Origin: Thermoplasmata archaeon
GTDB lineage: Archaea > Thermoplasmatota > Thermoplasmata > Thermoplasmatales > GCA-001856825
Length of the DNA stretch: 61,307 nt
Direction: 5' to 3'
Assembly: GCA_049966795.1 (NCBI GenBank)
Contig: JBMFTY010000004.1
Coordinates: forward strand, 1-61,307
The position numbers were made by a program, and so were the translations under genes. Below the pieces are notes generated by a model. It was not told where the DNA came from. It did no database searches and saw only the letters and a list, made by a program, of their open reading frames with translations. Shown here in pieces: positions 36,129 to 46,041 of the stretch; position 1 is the stretch's first letter, and every line of letters begins with the position of its first letter.

Positions 36129-36722
36129 ATGATTGAGGAACGGCGAGGTAAAATATTTTTATCCTATTTTCATGCAAATATATTGAAACTGGGCGTACTC
36201 GCTAAGGATTTCAGGGTTTACAACAGGCTGATGAACCTGTTGAAGGGCATGGACCAGTCCTTTGTTTCCCTGTCTCCGGATGATAACTATTCATCATTCG
36301 ATCTGGTTTTCACGGATCTGGACCTGAGGGGGAAGAATGTCTTCAGGACAGATGGGGAGGAGGAGTTCAGGATAAGGCAGCTCGTGAAGTCCAGGAACAG
36401 CGTGAATATCGTCGTTGGCATAGATCCGGGCCCCACGCCCGGCGTTGCGACGCTTGCGGACAATGTTGTCATAGACAGGAGGAGCATCTACAATATGGGG
36501 GAAATCAGGGATTACGTGGCAAGGGTCAGCAGGGAGTGCAGGTACAGGAGCTTCGTGGTGAAGATAGGCGATGGCGACAGAAGGTACAGGAACCAGATCA
36601 TAAAGAGCCTCTACGGTTTCCGCCTGCAGATAGTCAACGAGAAGGGCAGCTCAAGGACCACGAAGAGGGGGGACGATTCCAGGTCTGCCGTGAACATAGC
36701 GCTCAGCAACGATATCCTCTGA
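36129..36722 (+). CDS. Putative RNase H-fold nuclease (RuvX/YqgF- or RuvC-like C-terminal domain)
   Basis: About 197 aa. IVVGIDPGPTPGVATL (first catalytic Asp strand) and DDSRSAVNIAL near the C-terminus resemble YqgF/RuvC-type motifs. The N-terminal ~95 aa are unassigned. Confidence 0.45.
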   Translation: MIEERRGKIFLSYFHANILKLGVLAKDFRVYNRLMNLLKGMDQSFVSLSPDDNYSSFDLVFTDLDLRGKNVFRTDGEEEFRIRQLVKSRNSVNIVVGIDPGPTPGVATLADNVVIDRRSIYNMGEIRDYVARVSRECRYRSFVVKIGDGDRRYRNQIIKSLYGFRLQIVNEKGSSRTTKRGDDSRSAVNIALSNDIL

Positions 36723-36725
36723 AGC

Positions 36726-37478
36726 TCACTTCTTCCACTTCGGTCTTCTCTTTCTTGCGTAATAGCCTGAGATGAGTATGACCGTCAGTATTATCACCAG
36801 AAATGCCGCGATACCTATGTATATGTATGATATGAATGGATTTCCGGCCTGCACTTTGAACGAATAGCTGCCGCCGCTTGCAAGCTGAAGGAGAGTGCTG
36901 TTCAGGGAAATCGTGACCGTATATACGCCTACGGGAAGCTTGCCCGAGACCCATTCGTAGGTTACGTTGCTAGTTGAATTCCTTGAAATGTTCACTATCT
37001 TGTTTCCCACGTATTTCCCGTTCACGCTGAACGTAACGTTGACCCCCGTTATGTTGAAATCCGTTGGATTCTTGATCGTCGCGGTCAGGAGCGTGAACGT
37101 GTTGACCTTCACGACTGACGTCAGATTGTAGTGGTACATCTTCCCCTGCAGGTTTGCAACCACCTGGAAGAAGAGGAAGAGCGTTGTTGGGGTCGAAGGT
37201 GATTTTATCGTGAATACTGCAGGTCCAGAAGTGAGACCCTTGTCATAGCTTGGAGATATCGGGGACGCTCCGGTCAGGTTGTAGCCGGAGAGTATCATCG
37301 TTACAGAATAATTCGTGAAGATCTGCTGGACATATACCGAATAGTTGAAAGACGAGTTTACGGCAACCGTGGAGGGGCCGACGACCGTTACAGGTCCGCT
37401 CGAAACGTTTCCCGAAGTCCCCGGGACGATGAGAAGGGAAACGGCAGCGAGGAGAAGAATGACGGCGACGATTTTCAT
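36726..37478 (-). CDS. Secreted, C-terminally anchored sequon-rich surface (glyco)protein
   Basis: 250 aa. Signal peptide MKIVAVILLLAAVSLLIVPGTSG. I count 12 N-x-S/T sequons by hand. C-terminal TM helix plus basic tail RKRRPKWKK. ATGA overlap with the aglB stop (37475..37478). Confidence 0.7.
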   Translation of the reverse strand: MKIVAVILLLAAVSLLIVPGTSGNVSSGPVTVVGPSTVAVNSSFNYSVYVQQIFTNYSVTMILSGYNLTGASPISPSYDKGLTSGPAVFTIKSPSTPTTLFLFFQVVANLQGKMYHYNLTSVVKVNTFTLLTATIKNPTDFNITGVNVTFSVNGKYVGNKIVNISRNSTSNVTYEWVSGKLPVGVYTVTISLNSTLLQLASGGSYSFKVQAGNPFISYIYIGIAAFLVIILTVILISGYYARKRRPKWKK

Positions 37479-40400
37479 GCCCTGTTCCTCCTCCTGAATG
37501 CTATCATCGCAATCACCGTTGCGAGGACGATGAAAACTGAAAGGCCGTAAATGTAGTACTGCTGCACCGCCGGAGAATAGGGGACAAGCCCGCTCCCCTC
37601 ACCCTTCCCCTTCATCACGCTCAGGGAAGGAGGGTGAAGCGAGGTGGAAAGGACGAACGTGTTGTTCTCGTATGCCAGGAGAATTATAATTTGTTTTCCA
37701 TATATGCTGGAACCCTTTGTTGACGTTACAGTGAGGTATGTTGTGTTGTTGGAGAATGCGTAAACGGCGCCCCTATATGACAGGGAGCCGTTGAACGTGA
37801 TGTTAATCCCCTGTGAGGACAACTGTGCGGCATTCAGTATGCTCCCGTTCACCACCGTTATGGCATTTCCCTTGTTGGATATGATGAGGGGAACTTCAAT
37901 AGTGTTCCCGGAGATTTTTCCGGTGGTGTTTACCACCCTCGCGGTCACATCGTAAAACTTCGGAACGGTAACGTTCACCGTTATCTCCCTGTAGTCGGTG
38001 CCGTAGTAGACGCGGATGTTAACAGCGCTGGTCCCAGCAGGCTCACCCTTCGGTACTGTTATTGTTACGTTCATGACTCCCATGGAATACGGGGTGAGAT
38101 TCATCACCCCGCCCTTCACTGTGAAGGTGGTAGCCCCCTGCACCGAGAAGTTCAGGGGGATGTTGGAGTTGCTTGTTATTATCATTGGGAACGTTATGGA
38201 CTGCCCGGCCTTCAGAACGGGGGAGCCGGCCTCCGGGAAGAAAGATACACTCACGTTCTTCACTATCTTGAATGCAAGGGTGGCGGAGCTTATTCCGGAT
38301 ACGTTCACAGTCTGATTTACCACGTACAGATCGCGGATGCCGTAGTAAACGTAGTAAGTCCTAGCTGAGAAGTGATACGATCCGTTTGGAAGATATATTA
38401 TTCCTTCGGGGTTGAGGTAATAGCTCGCCCCTAGCCTGACCATTCCAAGATAGGTGGTGTTGTTTAGGTATGTACCGTAGTTCAGCGGGTAGGCCCTGGA
38501 CATAGTCGCGTTCACGTACGTGACCGGAGATGAGACGTTCACATCGGAGAAATAGGCCGTGCTGCCAGATCTTATGTATATTGAATACTGGCCGTAGGGG
38601 ATGCTTATCACGTTGCCAAGGAGGCTCGTTTCATTCCTCGGGCCCTGAACGGTGAAAGTGCCATAAGAAGCTCCCGGGGCGTTCACGATGAGATCTGAGG
38701 TGAGAAGCCTGAGCTGCGGGGAAAGGGTTATCCGCTGCGGGGATGAGATGTAGACGGAACTTGAGGCGTAGTATTCATAAGTTCCGTTCACCCTTCTCTC
38801 AAGCGTGAACGTGTAATTTCCCTCCGGCAGCAGGATGCTCCCTGACCATGTGATCCTCCCGAAGCTTCCAGAAATCGTGATGTTGGAGGGCAAGGTGACG
38901 TTGAATCCGCTCACGTAGCTCGGTGAGAATGTTTCGTTCCCTTTCAGGTCGAGAGTTCCAAGAAATGCCTTCCCTCCAGAGTAGGAATATAGGGTGTAGT
39001 TGCCTAGGGGAAGGGTTGAAGTCAGGGAGGTGGAGACGAGGGACGAATTTCTGAATATGAACGCATTGTTTCCGAAAACCTGCAGGTTCGCGGATAATGT
39101 GACCCGCACGGGGAACCTCTGATCGCTCACCCCAGGAAGAACATGTATTTCAGTGCTTGAGGGAGACACTATTGACCCTGGCCTGGAGAAGGATATGCTG
39201 TAATTTCCAGGAGCGAGGGAAAGGGTGAACGGGCCTGTTCCCGTCACGGAGAAATTCCTGGGGCCTTCTATGGTCATGGTGATGGGATATGAGTAACTGG
39301 GGGCAATCGTAACAGTCACGTTTTCCTGGCGGAGGGATACGGACGTGATCGTCGATGATGTGACAGCATATCCCGGAGAGATGAAGGAGATGCCTTCAGG
39401 CACGAGGCCGTCGGGGACGTATATGTAATAGCTGCCGTTGGTGACCATCGAGTCGTAGTATGGTCTCCCGTTCACCGTCGTGGTGACAAGACCTTTCACC
39501 GCGGTTCCATCGTAGGTGACGTTTCCTCTTATCACGGATCCTGGGAGGCCGTCGAGATAGAGACTGAGGCTGCTGTTTGAAACCGAGAACTGCAGCCAGG
39601 AAACATAAAGATTGGAGTTGTATGTGCTGTGAGAGACCACTGCATACTGCCCAGAGGGGAGATAGGCGGAGAAATACCCGCCCGGGCCCGCGTAGTAGTC
39701 AAGAAGGGTGTTGCTGCCCGTCACAGTGACCTGCGAGCCGTTCTGTGGAAGACCGGAGACGGTAAAATGCCCTGTTACAAGGTATGCGGGAAGCAGGTTG
39801 AGGGAAATGTTCACGTTTCCAGTGACGTTGAATATGCCGCTGGCAGCGTAGTATCTACCACCGTAGTAGAGGGAAGTATACAAGGAATAAACCGAGAGTG
39901 CAACGCTTGCGTAACCAGTTCCGTTGTTCGTGAACACCGTTGAGAATTTACCGGAGCTGTCAAGGAGACTGACAGATGCGCTGACGGGCCTCCCTCCAAT
40001 TGTCGTTGTAATCTTGGCAGTGTAGTATCTTGAAAAACTGAGGCCAAGATCTGAAGTGGAGTTGTATTTCAGATCCACGGTGAAGTTGTCCCACAGCCCT
40101 CCGCTACACGCGGTAACGTTGTATATCCCCACGGGGAGATTTATCCTCTGGTCCGCTTTGGTGAGGTTGTATGTGACGGAGTAGCTACCCCTGCTGAACG
40201 TTATCTTGCTGCCCGGGCTCAGGCTGGCACCCTTGGCAAGTGTTGCATTTGCAACCCCGAACTCGATGGGCACATCCTTTGATGTGGCATTGGATGAGAT
40301 AACGATGGAGGTGACGTTGCTGTACCACTGCCCGAGGACGAACGCGGAAATGTTGTAGCTGTAAGGTTTGACGTCGTAGAGACCGTAGCTTCCGTTTTCA

Positions 40401-43400
40401 GTTGTGTTCACAAGATACGTGGTGTTGAAAGAGGAGTTGAAGAACTTCACTGTTCCCGCTATGGGAACGTCCGTGTTCGGGATGTAGATACCGTTGTTCA
40501 CGAGGTTGAGGAACAGGACTCCATTTACCCTGTCCGTGGGAAGGGCAAGGTTGTGGGTTATGTTCCACGTTGGAATGCCGTATGGAGTGAAGCTCTCCCT
40601 GTTGGCCTGCGCCTCCGATATAGTTATGTTGTAGGTGCTCAGGGTCTTGTTTCCGGCCATGCTGAGGGCGTTGTATTTCCCTGTGGAGAATACAAGGGTA
40701 TCGTTCCCGGCAACGGCAAATATGGAATAGTAGCCAGAGGCATTTGTGAGCACCGTCATGTGGGGTATGCCGTACTGGTCATCCAGCGTGACCCTAATAC
40801 CCCCTATTGGCTGTCCAGCGGTATTGGTGACCCTTCCCTGGATGATCGCTCCCGGATAATACTGAAGCGCAACGAAATCATTCTCCAGAACCTGCGGCGG
40901 AGGGTACATGTCCACGGTTCCATCGTGATTCTTCATGTATTGGTATCCCTGCTCAAGGGTGACCGTTTTCCACGCACTGCTGTGGTTCTGGTAGTCCGTA
41001 TAGGGATTCCACAGCACAGTCTTGTAGACGAGCTCGAAGTTAGGCATCCCCCACCCTTGCATGGTGGGATATGAGGACAGGTTGGAACTTATGCCGGGTA
41101 TTCCGGATTTTGCTCCCACGGCGGATGGCGGGTAGCCGATCATCCCCCTGTATATCGTGGTGTTGTAGAATGCGGGAGTATAATTTATGCTGTAGCTCAC
41201 GGCAGTGTCGCCTGGAGGGAAGTCCTGGAGAAGGTATGTCCTTCCTTGGGTGTCAGTCACGGTGATGTTGTAGAACGAAATAGGTATCACCTCCCCCGAG
41301 GCATTGACCCACGGGAAGTCCCCGAGGTAGGCAGGAGCATAGAATATCCCCGTATTTGTTCCGTTGAAGGGGAAGAGGCCCGAATCTATGCCTATGTAGC
41401 TCATGTACCTGTTCATCTTCTGTTCCAGAGCCTGGTAAAGGTTGATGAGTGTTCCAAGAGGATACTTGTTCGCAAGATAGTGCTCCACGAGTATGTATGG
41501 TGCGTCACCAGACTGCACCTTCTCGTAGTTCCCGAAGAAAGAGGGGTCGGAATATATTTCCTGCACATATGCGTTCGGGTCAATCTCGTAGTTCATGATC
41601 GTATATGCACCGTCCTGTCCAAGATATTGGATGAGAATGGGGGTGATCCCTGAGGAATTGAACGTGCCGGAGGAGTAGTTTGAAAGCATCCTTGCTATCA
41701 TCACCCCGAGGATTTGGCTCTCATTCTGTGCCAAAAGAATCTGAGCCGCCGGATAGATGCCATCCTGGAAGTTATCAGCCATAACGGGATGCCCGCCCTG
41801 CTCTATCGTCTGGAAACCGTAGTCCCACCACGATATGAAGGCAGGACGTTGGTCTGGAGGTAACTGGGCATCCTGGTTCTGGAACCATGATTCAAATCTG
41901 TTCAGGGGCTGACTGGGCGTCGCCAGCTCTGGTCCAAAGGCACCCAGGTAATATAAAGAGGAGGAAGAATAGTTGGCCGGCTTCAGGAAGGAGGGTGTGT
42001 CGTTGTAAAGCTGCCTGTCGTAGATCGTCTTGTTGTTGTAGGGTATCGCTGAATCAACTGCGTAAAATGTCGTTGGGACGACAAGAAGGAATATCACTAT
42101 GAGTATCGCAGCATAATGCGCAAACTTTATCTCTCTCCTAAGTGCCGTCCTGATGCTCCTTCCCCTGGCCTTCTCCACCGTCTCCCTGAACTGCAGTAGC
42201 TCGAAGGATTTCACCAGAACATACGAGGTGATTATTGAAGCTGCCACGGCACCGAAGTAGAGGAATTTCGATGCTATCATGCTTATAATTATGATTCCTC
42301 CGAAGTAAAGGATGGCAAGGGTCATGTTAAACGTCGTCGTCTTTATCCAGCGGTAGACCAGGTACGCAAGACCTATGAACGAGGCGAAGAACTGCAGGGC
42401 CCCGAATTCAAGCATGTCCTCTCCGAGCGGGAGTGACTGCGCTTCCGCGATCGTGTTGTATATCTTGTTCTTAATGAAATAGTGCTGCCCGGAGAGGATG
42501 GAGTAGATGAGATTCCTGTCCACCTTGTATAACAGAAGAATTGCCGCGATAGCGATGACTATGAACGCTCCAACCGAAAGTATCCAGGGCTTCTTTTCCA
42601 GTACAAGGAAATACATGGAGGCAACCAGGAGCGCGACCCAGAGAATGAGGGGATATTCAAACCTCACCGGGACAAAGTGGGCAACGTAGTACCAGGGAAA
42701 AGCTATGAGAAAACCGAATCCAAAGAATAGGTTTGAGACAAATATTGGCAGGGTGCTCTTCCTTTTCAGTGCAAATATCACTAGCTGCACCGCAGCCGCT
42801 CCAACGAGTATCAGGATCAGGGATATCGTCCCGACCCAGGTGAGCATTGATGCCGCCAAGGAGACCGCGGCAAGAAGGGAATACGTCAAGGACAGAGAAT
42901 TCCCCTTCAACGAGGATGCAAAGCTTGAAATCGAAGAGACCTGCCCTTCATACCTGAACGTGTTCACCGCCCTCAGGAAGTAGTAGATGAACATGACGCC
43001 GAAGAGGGCGGTGTAAATATCGAAGAGGCCCATCGTGGCTATGCTCTTCATAAGGGTTAGCGGGGACATCGCAACCAAGAGGGCCGCTACTATTCCCACC
43101 CTTCTGTCGAAAATCTCCTTTCCGAGGAAGTATGTTGGAAAAACGATGAGGGCACCGCCTATTGCCGTGCTCTCCAGGAACATCGTCATCGTCGATGCGT
43201 AAACCCCGCCTAGGAAGGGAGAGAAAGCGTAGCCGAGCATAACGGAGAGCCACATGAAGAACGGTGGCCTGGGGTTCTCGAGACCCATGGGGTAGTTTAG
43301 GCCAGGGTCGAAGAGGAGCTGATGGTGCGTGGCGAGGATGTGCTGTACTATTCTCATGTTATAATAGGCGTCCGAGCCTCCTGAGACAGCGTAATCAGCC

Positions 43401-43555
43401 TTAACTGCAGGACCTATTACGAAGAACGTACTGAGGAAAACGGAGAAGAAGAATATCAGAGTCAAAAATAGTCCAGTTTTCGTCTCCGTACTCATTCCCC
43501 TAATTAGGTCCGCAAAGCCTTTCTTTCTGCCCTCTGAATCCATCAACTCCACCAA
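37475..43555 (-). CDS. aglB: Archaeal oligosaccharyltransferase AglB/STT3 fused to a ~1,100-aa sequon-rich extracytoplasmic domain with a C-terminal TM anchor
   Basis: 2,026 aa. Polytopic N-terminus with SDAYYNMR in the first external loop (aa 61-68), a TIXE motif as TIAE (aa 368-371), and WWDYG (aa 576-580, nt 41816..41830). A CarboxypepD_reg-like segment GRVTNTAGQPIGGIRVTLDD...TNASGYYSI lies at about aa 903-945. A long S/T/N/Y/G-rich beta-type region follows. The terminal TM is YIYGLSVFIVLATVIAMIAF followed by RRRNRA. Confidence 0.85.
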   Translation of the reverse strand: MVELMDSEGRKKGFADLIRGMSTETKTGLFLTLIFFFSVFLSTFFVIGPAVKADYAVSGGSDAYYNMRIVQHILATHHQLLFDPGLNYPMGLENPRPPFFMWLSVMLGYAFSPFLGGVYASTMTMFLESTAIGGALIVFPTYFLGKEIFDRRVGIVAALLVAMSPLTLMKSIATMGLFDIYTALFGVMFIYYFLRAVNTFRYEGQVSSISSFASSLKGNSLSLTYSLLAAVSLAASMLTWVGTISLILILVGAAAVQLVIFALKRKSTLPIFVSNLFFGFGFLIAFPWYYVAHFVPVRFEYPLILWVALLVASMYFLVLEKKPWILSVGAFIVIAIAAILLLYKVDRNLIYSILSGQHYFIKNKIYNTIAEAQSLPLGEDMLEFGALQFFASFIGLAYLVYRWIKTTTFNMTLAILYFGGIIIISMIASKFLYFGAVAASIITSYVLVKSFELLQFRETVEKARGRSIRTALRREIKFAHYAAILIVIFLLVVPTTFYAVDSAIPYNNKTIYDRQLYNDTPSFLKPANYSSSSLYYLGAFGPELATPSQPLNRFESWFQNQDAQLPPDQRPAFISWWDYGFQTIEQGGHPVMADNFQDGIYPAAQILLAQNESQILGVMIARMLSNYSSGTFNSSGITPILIQYLGQDGAYTIMNYEIDPNAYVQEIYSDPSFFGNYEKVQSGDAPYILVEHYLANKYPLGTLINLYQALEQKMNRYMSYIGIDSGLFPFNGTNTGIFYAPAYLGDFPWVNASGEVIPISFYNITVTDTQGRTYLLQDFPPGDTAVSYSINYTPAFYNTTIYRGMIGYPPSAVGAKSGIPGISSNLSSYPTMQGWGMPNFELVYKTVLWNPYTDYQNHSSAWKTVTLEQGYQYMKNHDGTVDMYPPPQVLENDFVALQYYPGAIIQGRVTNTAGQPIGGIRVTLDDQYGIPHMTVLTNASGYYSIFAVAGNDTLVFSTGKYNALSMAGNKTLSTYNITISEAQANRESFTPYGIPTWNITHNLALPTDRVNGVLFLNLVNNGIYIPNTDVPIAGTVKFFNSSFNTTYLVNTTENGSYGLYDVKPYSYNISAFVLGQWYSNVTSIVISSNATSKDVPIEFGVANATLAKGASLSPGSKITFSRGSYSVTYNLTKADQRINLPVGIYNVTACSGGLWDNFTVDLKYNSTSDLGLSFSRYYTAKITTTIGGRPVSASVSLLDSSGKFSTVFTNNGTGYASVALSVYSLYTSLYYGGRYYAASGIFNVTGNVNISLNLLPAYLVTGHFTVSGLPQNGSQVTVTGSNTLLDYYAGPGGYFSAYLPSGQYAVVSHSTYNSNLYVSWLQFSVSNSSLSLYLDGLPGSVIRGNVTYDGTAVKGLVTTTVNGRPYYDSMVTNGSYYIYVPDGLVPEGISFISPGYAVTSSTITSVSLRQENVTVTIAPSYSYPITMTIEGPRNFSVTGTGPFTLSLAPGNYSISFSRPGSIVSPSSTEIHVLPGVSDQRFPVRVTLSANLQVFGNNAFIFRNSSLVSTSLTSTLPLGNYTLYSYSGGKAFLGTLDLKGNETFSPSYVSGFNVTLPSNITISGSFGRITWSGSILLPEGNYTFTLERRVNGTYEYYASSSVYISSPQRITLSPQLRLLTSDLIVNAPGASYGTFTVQGPRNETSLLGNVISIPYGQYSIYIRSGSTAYFSDVNVSSPVTYVNATMSRAYPLNYGTYLNNTTYLGMVRLGASYYLNPEGIIYLPNGSYHFSARTYYVYYGIRDLYVVNQTVNVSGISSATLAFKIVKNVSVSFFPEAGSPVLKAGQSITFPMIITSNSNIPLNFSVQGATTFTVKGGVMNLTPYSMGVMNVTITVPKGEPAGTSAVNIRVYYGTDYREITVNVTVPKFYDVTARVVNTTGKISGNTIEVPLIISNKGNAITVVNGSILNAAQLSSQGINITFNGSLSYRGAVYAFSNNTTYLTVTSTKGSSIYGKQIIILLAYENNTFVLSTSLHPPSLSVMKGKGEGSGLVPYSPAVQQYYIYGLSVFIVLATVIAMIAFRRRNRA

Positions 43556-43613
43556 TTGTTCCGCCTAATCAGAATCCCCAATTAAAATCTTTGCAGTTGA
43601 TATATCCTCGCGG

Positions 43614-44624
43614 TCAAAGAGTCCTGTCTCTCCTCTGCTGATCCTCCGCCCTCTGGTCATAAGGATACGTGATATCTAAGGCGCTGGCACTGTTGAGAAG
43701 GTCAATCTGCCCCCGGTCCAGAGCCCAGCCTGCAGCACCCAGGTTCTCCTGAAGCTGATCCACGTTCCTTGCTCCTATGATGGGAGATGTGACTGCGGGG
43801 TTCATCAGTAGCCAGTTCAAGGCGACCTGCCCTCTCGTCTTCCCCGTATCTGAGGCGACTTTGCCCAGGGCGTCAATTATCTTCCTTGTCCTCTCGTTTT
43901 CCAAACGAGCGTAATATTCCTTGTTTTGGGAATCCCCTATTCTCGTGCCCTTGGGTGCTGAGGTGATCCCCGTCTCGTATTTCCCGGTAAGAATGCCTCC
44001 TGCCAGTGGGCTCCATGGTAGGACAGCGAGCCCATTGAACGACGCAACCGGAAGAATCTCAAACTCCGTGGCCCTTGCAATGAGGTTGTACTGCGGTTGA
44101 ATGCTCACGGGCCTTTCCCATCCTTTCTGGATGCAGATATCCACAGCCCTCTGAAGCTGCCACCCCCTGAAGTTGCTTATGCCAACGTATCTTATCGCCC
44201 CATCATGCACTAGGTCATTTAAGGTGCTCATCGTCTCCTCCAGCGGTGTAAGCGGGTCCCACGCATGGAGCTGCAGGACATCTATGTAATCAGTCCCCAG
44301 CCTCTCAAGGCTGTCCCTCACCGAATGTAGGATGTGCTTCCTCGACAGGCCAACAGAGTTTGCCCCGCTGCCCGTCCTGAACCTCACTTTCGTTGCTATA
44401 ACGAAATCCTCCCTCCTCCTCCCCTTGAACCACTTTCCTACTATCTGTTCCGATTTTCCATCAGAATACACGTTCGCAGTATCCAGAAAATTCCCTCCGC
44501 TCTCGACGAACTTGTCCATGATCTTGAAGCTTGTTTCTTCGTCAGCCTGCCATCCGAACGTCATCGTACCTAGGCACAACTCGCTTACCAGAAGTCCAGA
44601 CCATCCGAGCTTCCTGTATTTCAT
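43614..44624 (-). CDS. Aldo/keto reductase
   Basis: 336 aa. LGTMTFG, FLDTANVYSDGKSE, DVLQLHAWD and SNFRGWQL motifs of the AKR family. Confidence 0.88.
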   Translation of the reverse strand: MKYRKLGWSGLLVSELCLGTMTFGWQADEETSFKIMDKFVESGGNFLDTANVYSDGKSEQIVGKWFKGRRREDFVIATKVRFRTGSGANSVGLSRKHILHSVRDSLERLGTDYIDVLQLHAWDPLTPLEETMSTLNDLVHDGAIRYVGISNFRGWQLQRAVDICIQKGWERPVSIQPQYNLIARATEFEILPVASFNGLAVLPWSPLAGGILTGKYETGITSAPKGTRIGDSQNKEYYARLENERTRKIIDALGKVASDTGKTRGQVALNWLLMNPAVTSPIIGARNVDQLQENLGAAGWALDRGQIDLLNSASALDITYPYDQRAEDQQRRDRTL

Positions 44625-44661
44625 GAGGTTTCATGGGAAGATTGGATAAAACAATTTTCTC

Positions 44662-46041
44662 TCATCCCCTCATGATTGAGGCTAGTGCTCCAGCGAAGCT
44701 TATGACTGCTGAGAAGAGCATGATTTCCCTGAAACCTGCGATGAAATCGCTGAAATAAGATTGCCCTATGGAAATATAGACGCCTGAAAATACCCCTATC
44801 ATGATGTTCCTCGGTATGGCAAGAGAAAACAGGCTGGTTGCTGCAATAATACTGAAGAGCTGTCCAAGGAATCGCATCGTCCCGAGGAATCCTGACGCGA
44901 ACCCGGAGAATTCAATCCTTATAGAAGCCATGACGGAGTTCGTATTGGGCGCGGAGAAGAGGCCAAAGCCCACGCCAAGGAACGCAAGTATCAGAAGAAT
45001 CTGGTCCACCGAAGGTTGCCTGAGGATGAAGAATGAGATGAACGCAAGGCCAATCATCACCATCCCTATCGAGGCGATCTCCCTGGATCCCAGGTCATCA
45101 GATAGCCTGCCCGCGAGGGGAGAAACGAGGACCATGAGAACGGGCTCAGGAAGAATGTAGAGGCCGGAAAGAAAGGGAGGGATGTGGAGGGTGACCTGGA
45201 GATATATAGAGAAAACGAAAACAACGGAGAACGTTCCCAGATAATTGAGCAGCGCTGCGGTGTTGGAAGCGATGAAAGTCCTCCTCATCTTCATCATCCC
45301 CAGGGATATGAGGGGATTTTCTGATCTCCTTTCGTGAAGGAGAAACAAAAGCATCGCCACAAGGAAAAGAAAGAGAAGGGGAAGGAGCTTTAGGAAGCTG
45401 AAAACGTAGCCAAGAGATAGGTAAAGGGATATCGTGGCAAGAAGAAGGGCTAACAGAAGGGAACCTGAAACCCCCATGCCTCCTGCCCCCCTGATCTCAT
45501 GTAGTGTTGACAGGGAAAGAAAAAAGCTGACCAGAGCGATTGGAATCACAAGGACGAAGAGATATCTCCAGGCGAAATATTCAGTAACGAGGCCACTCAC
45601 AAAAGGTGCCGTGGTGAGGCCAAGGTAGACGGACATAGCATTTATCCCTAGCGCGAACCCTCTCCGCCTGTTGAACAGCACACTGACGATGGCAGTTGCA
45701 TTAGCGCTCATCATCGATGAGCCAGTTCCCAGAATGAAAAGGGATGCGACCAGGATACCGAAGGTCTTTGATATGATAGAAAGCAACGCACCTATGGAAA
45801 ATATTAGGAGGCCCAAGCGGAACATCAGAACCCTCCCAGCCTGGTCCGAAAGTCTTCCAAAGAGAAGCATGAATGAAGCCAGAGGAATCAGAATGACCAA
45901 GGGGAGGAGGGCCGCCTGGTAGAACGAGAGGTGCAGCTCCTTGCCAATAACAGGGACTGCGAAGGATACCGCACTGGATACGAAGGGCGTAAGAAAGGCT
46001 GCAAGAGAGGTAGTGAGAAGGATGAGTGCATCCCTCTTCAT
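44662..46041 (-). CDS. MFS transporter (14-TM DHA2/EmrB-like)
   Basis: 459-aa polytopic protein. GRLSDQAGR (MFS motif A-like) and a second copy, GRLSDDLGSR, in the C-terminal half. Confidence 0.8.
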   Translation of the reverse strand: MKRDALILLTTSLAAFLTPFVSSAVSFAVPVIGKELHLSFYQAALLPLVILIPLASFMLLFGRLSDQAGRVLMFRLGLLIFSIGALLSIISKTFGILVASLFILGTGSSMMSANATAIVSVLFNRRRGFALGINAMSVYLGLTTAPFVSGLVTEYFAWRYLFVLVIPIALVSFFLSLSTLHEIRGAGGMGVSGSLLLALLLATISLYLSLGYVFSFLKLLPLLFLFLVAMLLFLLHERRSENPLISLGMMKMRRTFIASNTAALLNYLGTFSVVFVFSIYLQVTLHIPPFLSGLYILPEPVLMVLVSPLAGRLSDDLGSREIASIGMVMIGLAFISFFILRQPSVDQILLILAFLGVGFGLFSAPNTNSVMASIRIEFSGFASGFLGTMRFLGQLFSIIAATSLFSLAIPRNIMIGVFSGVYISIGQSYFSDFIAGFREIMLFSAVISFAGALASIMRG

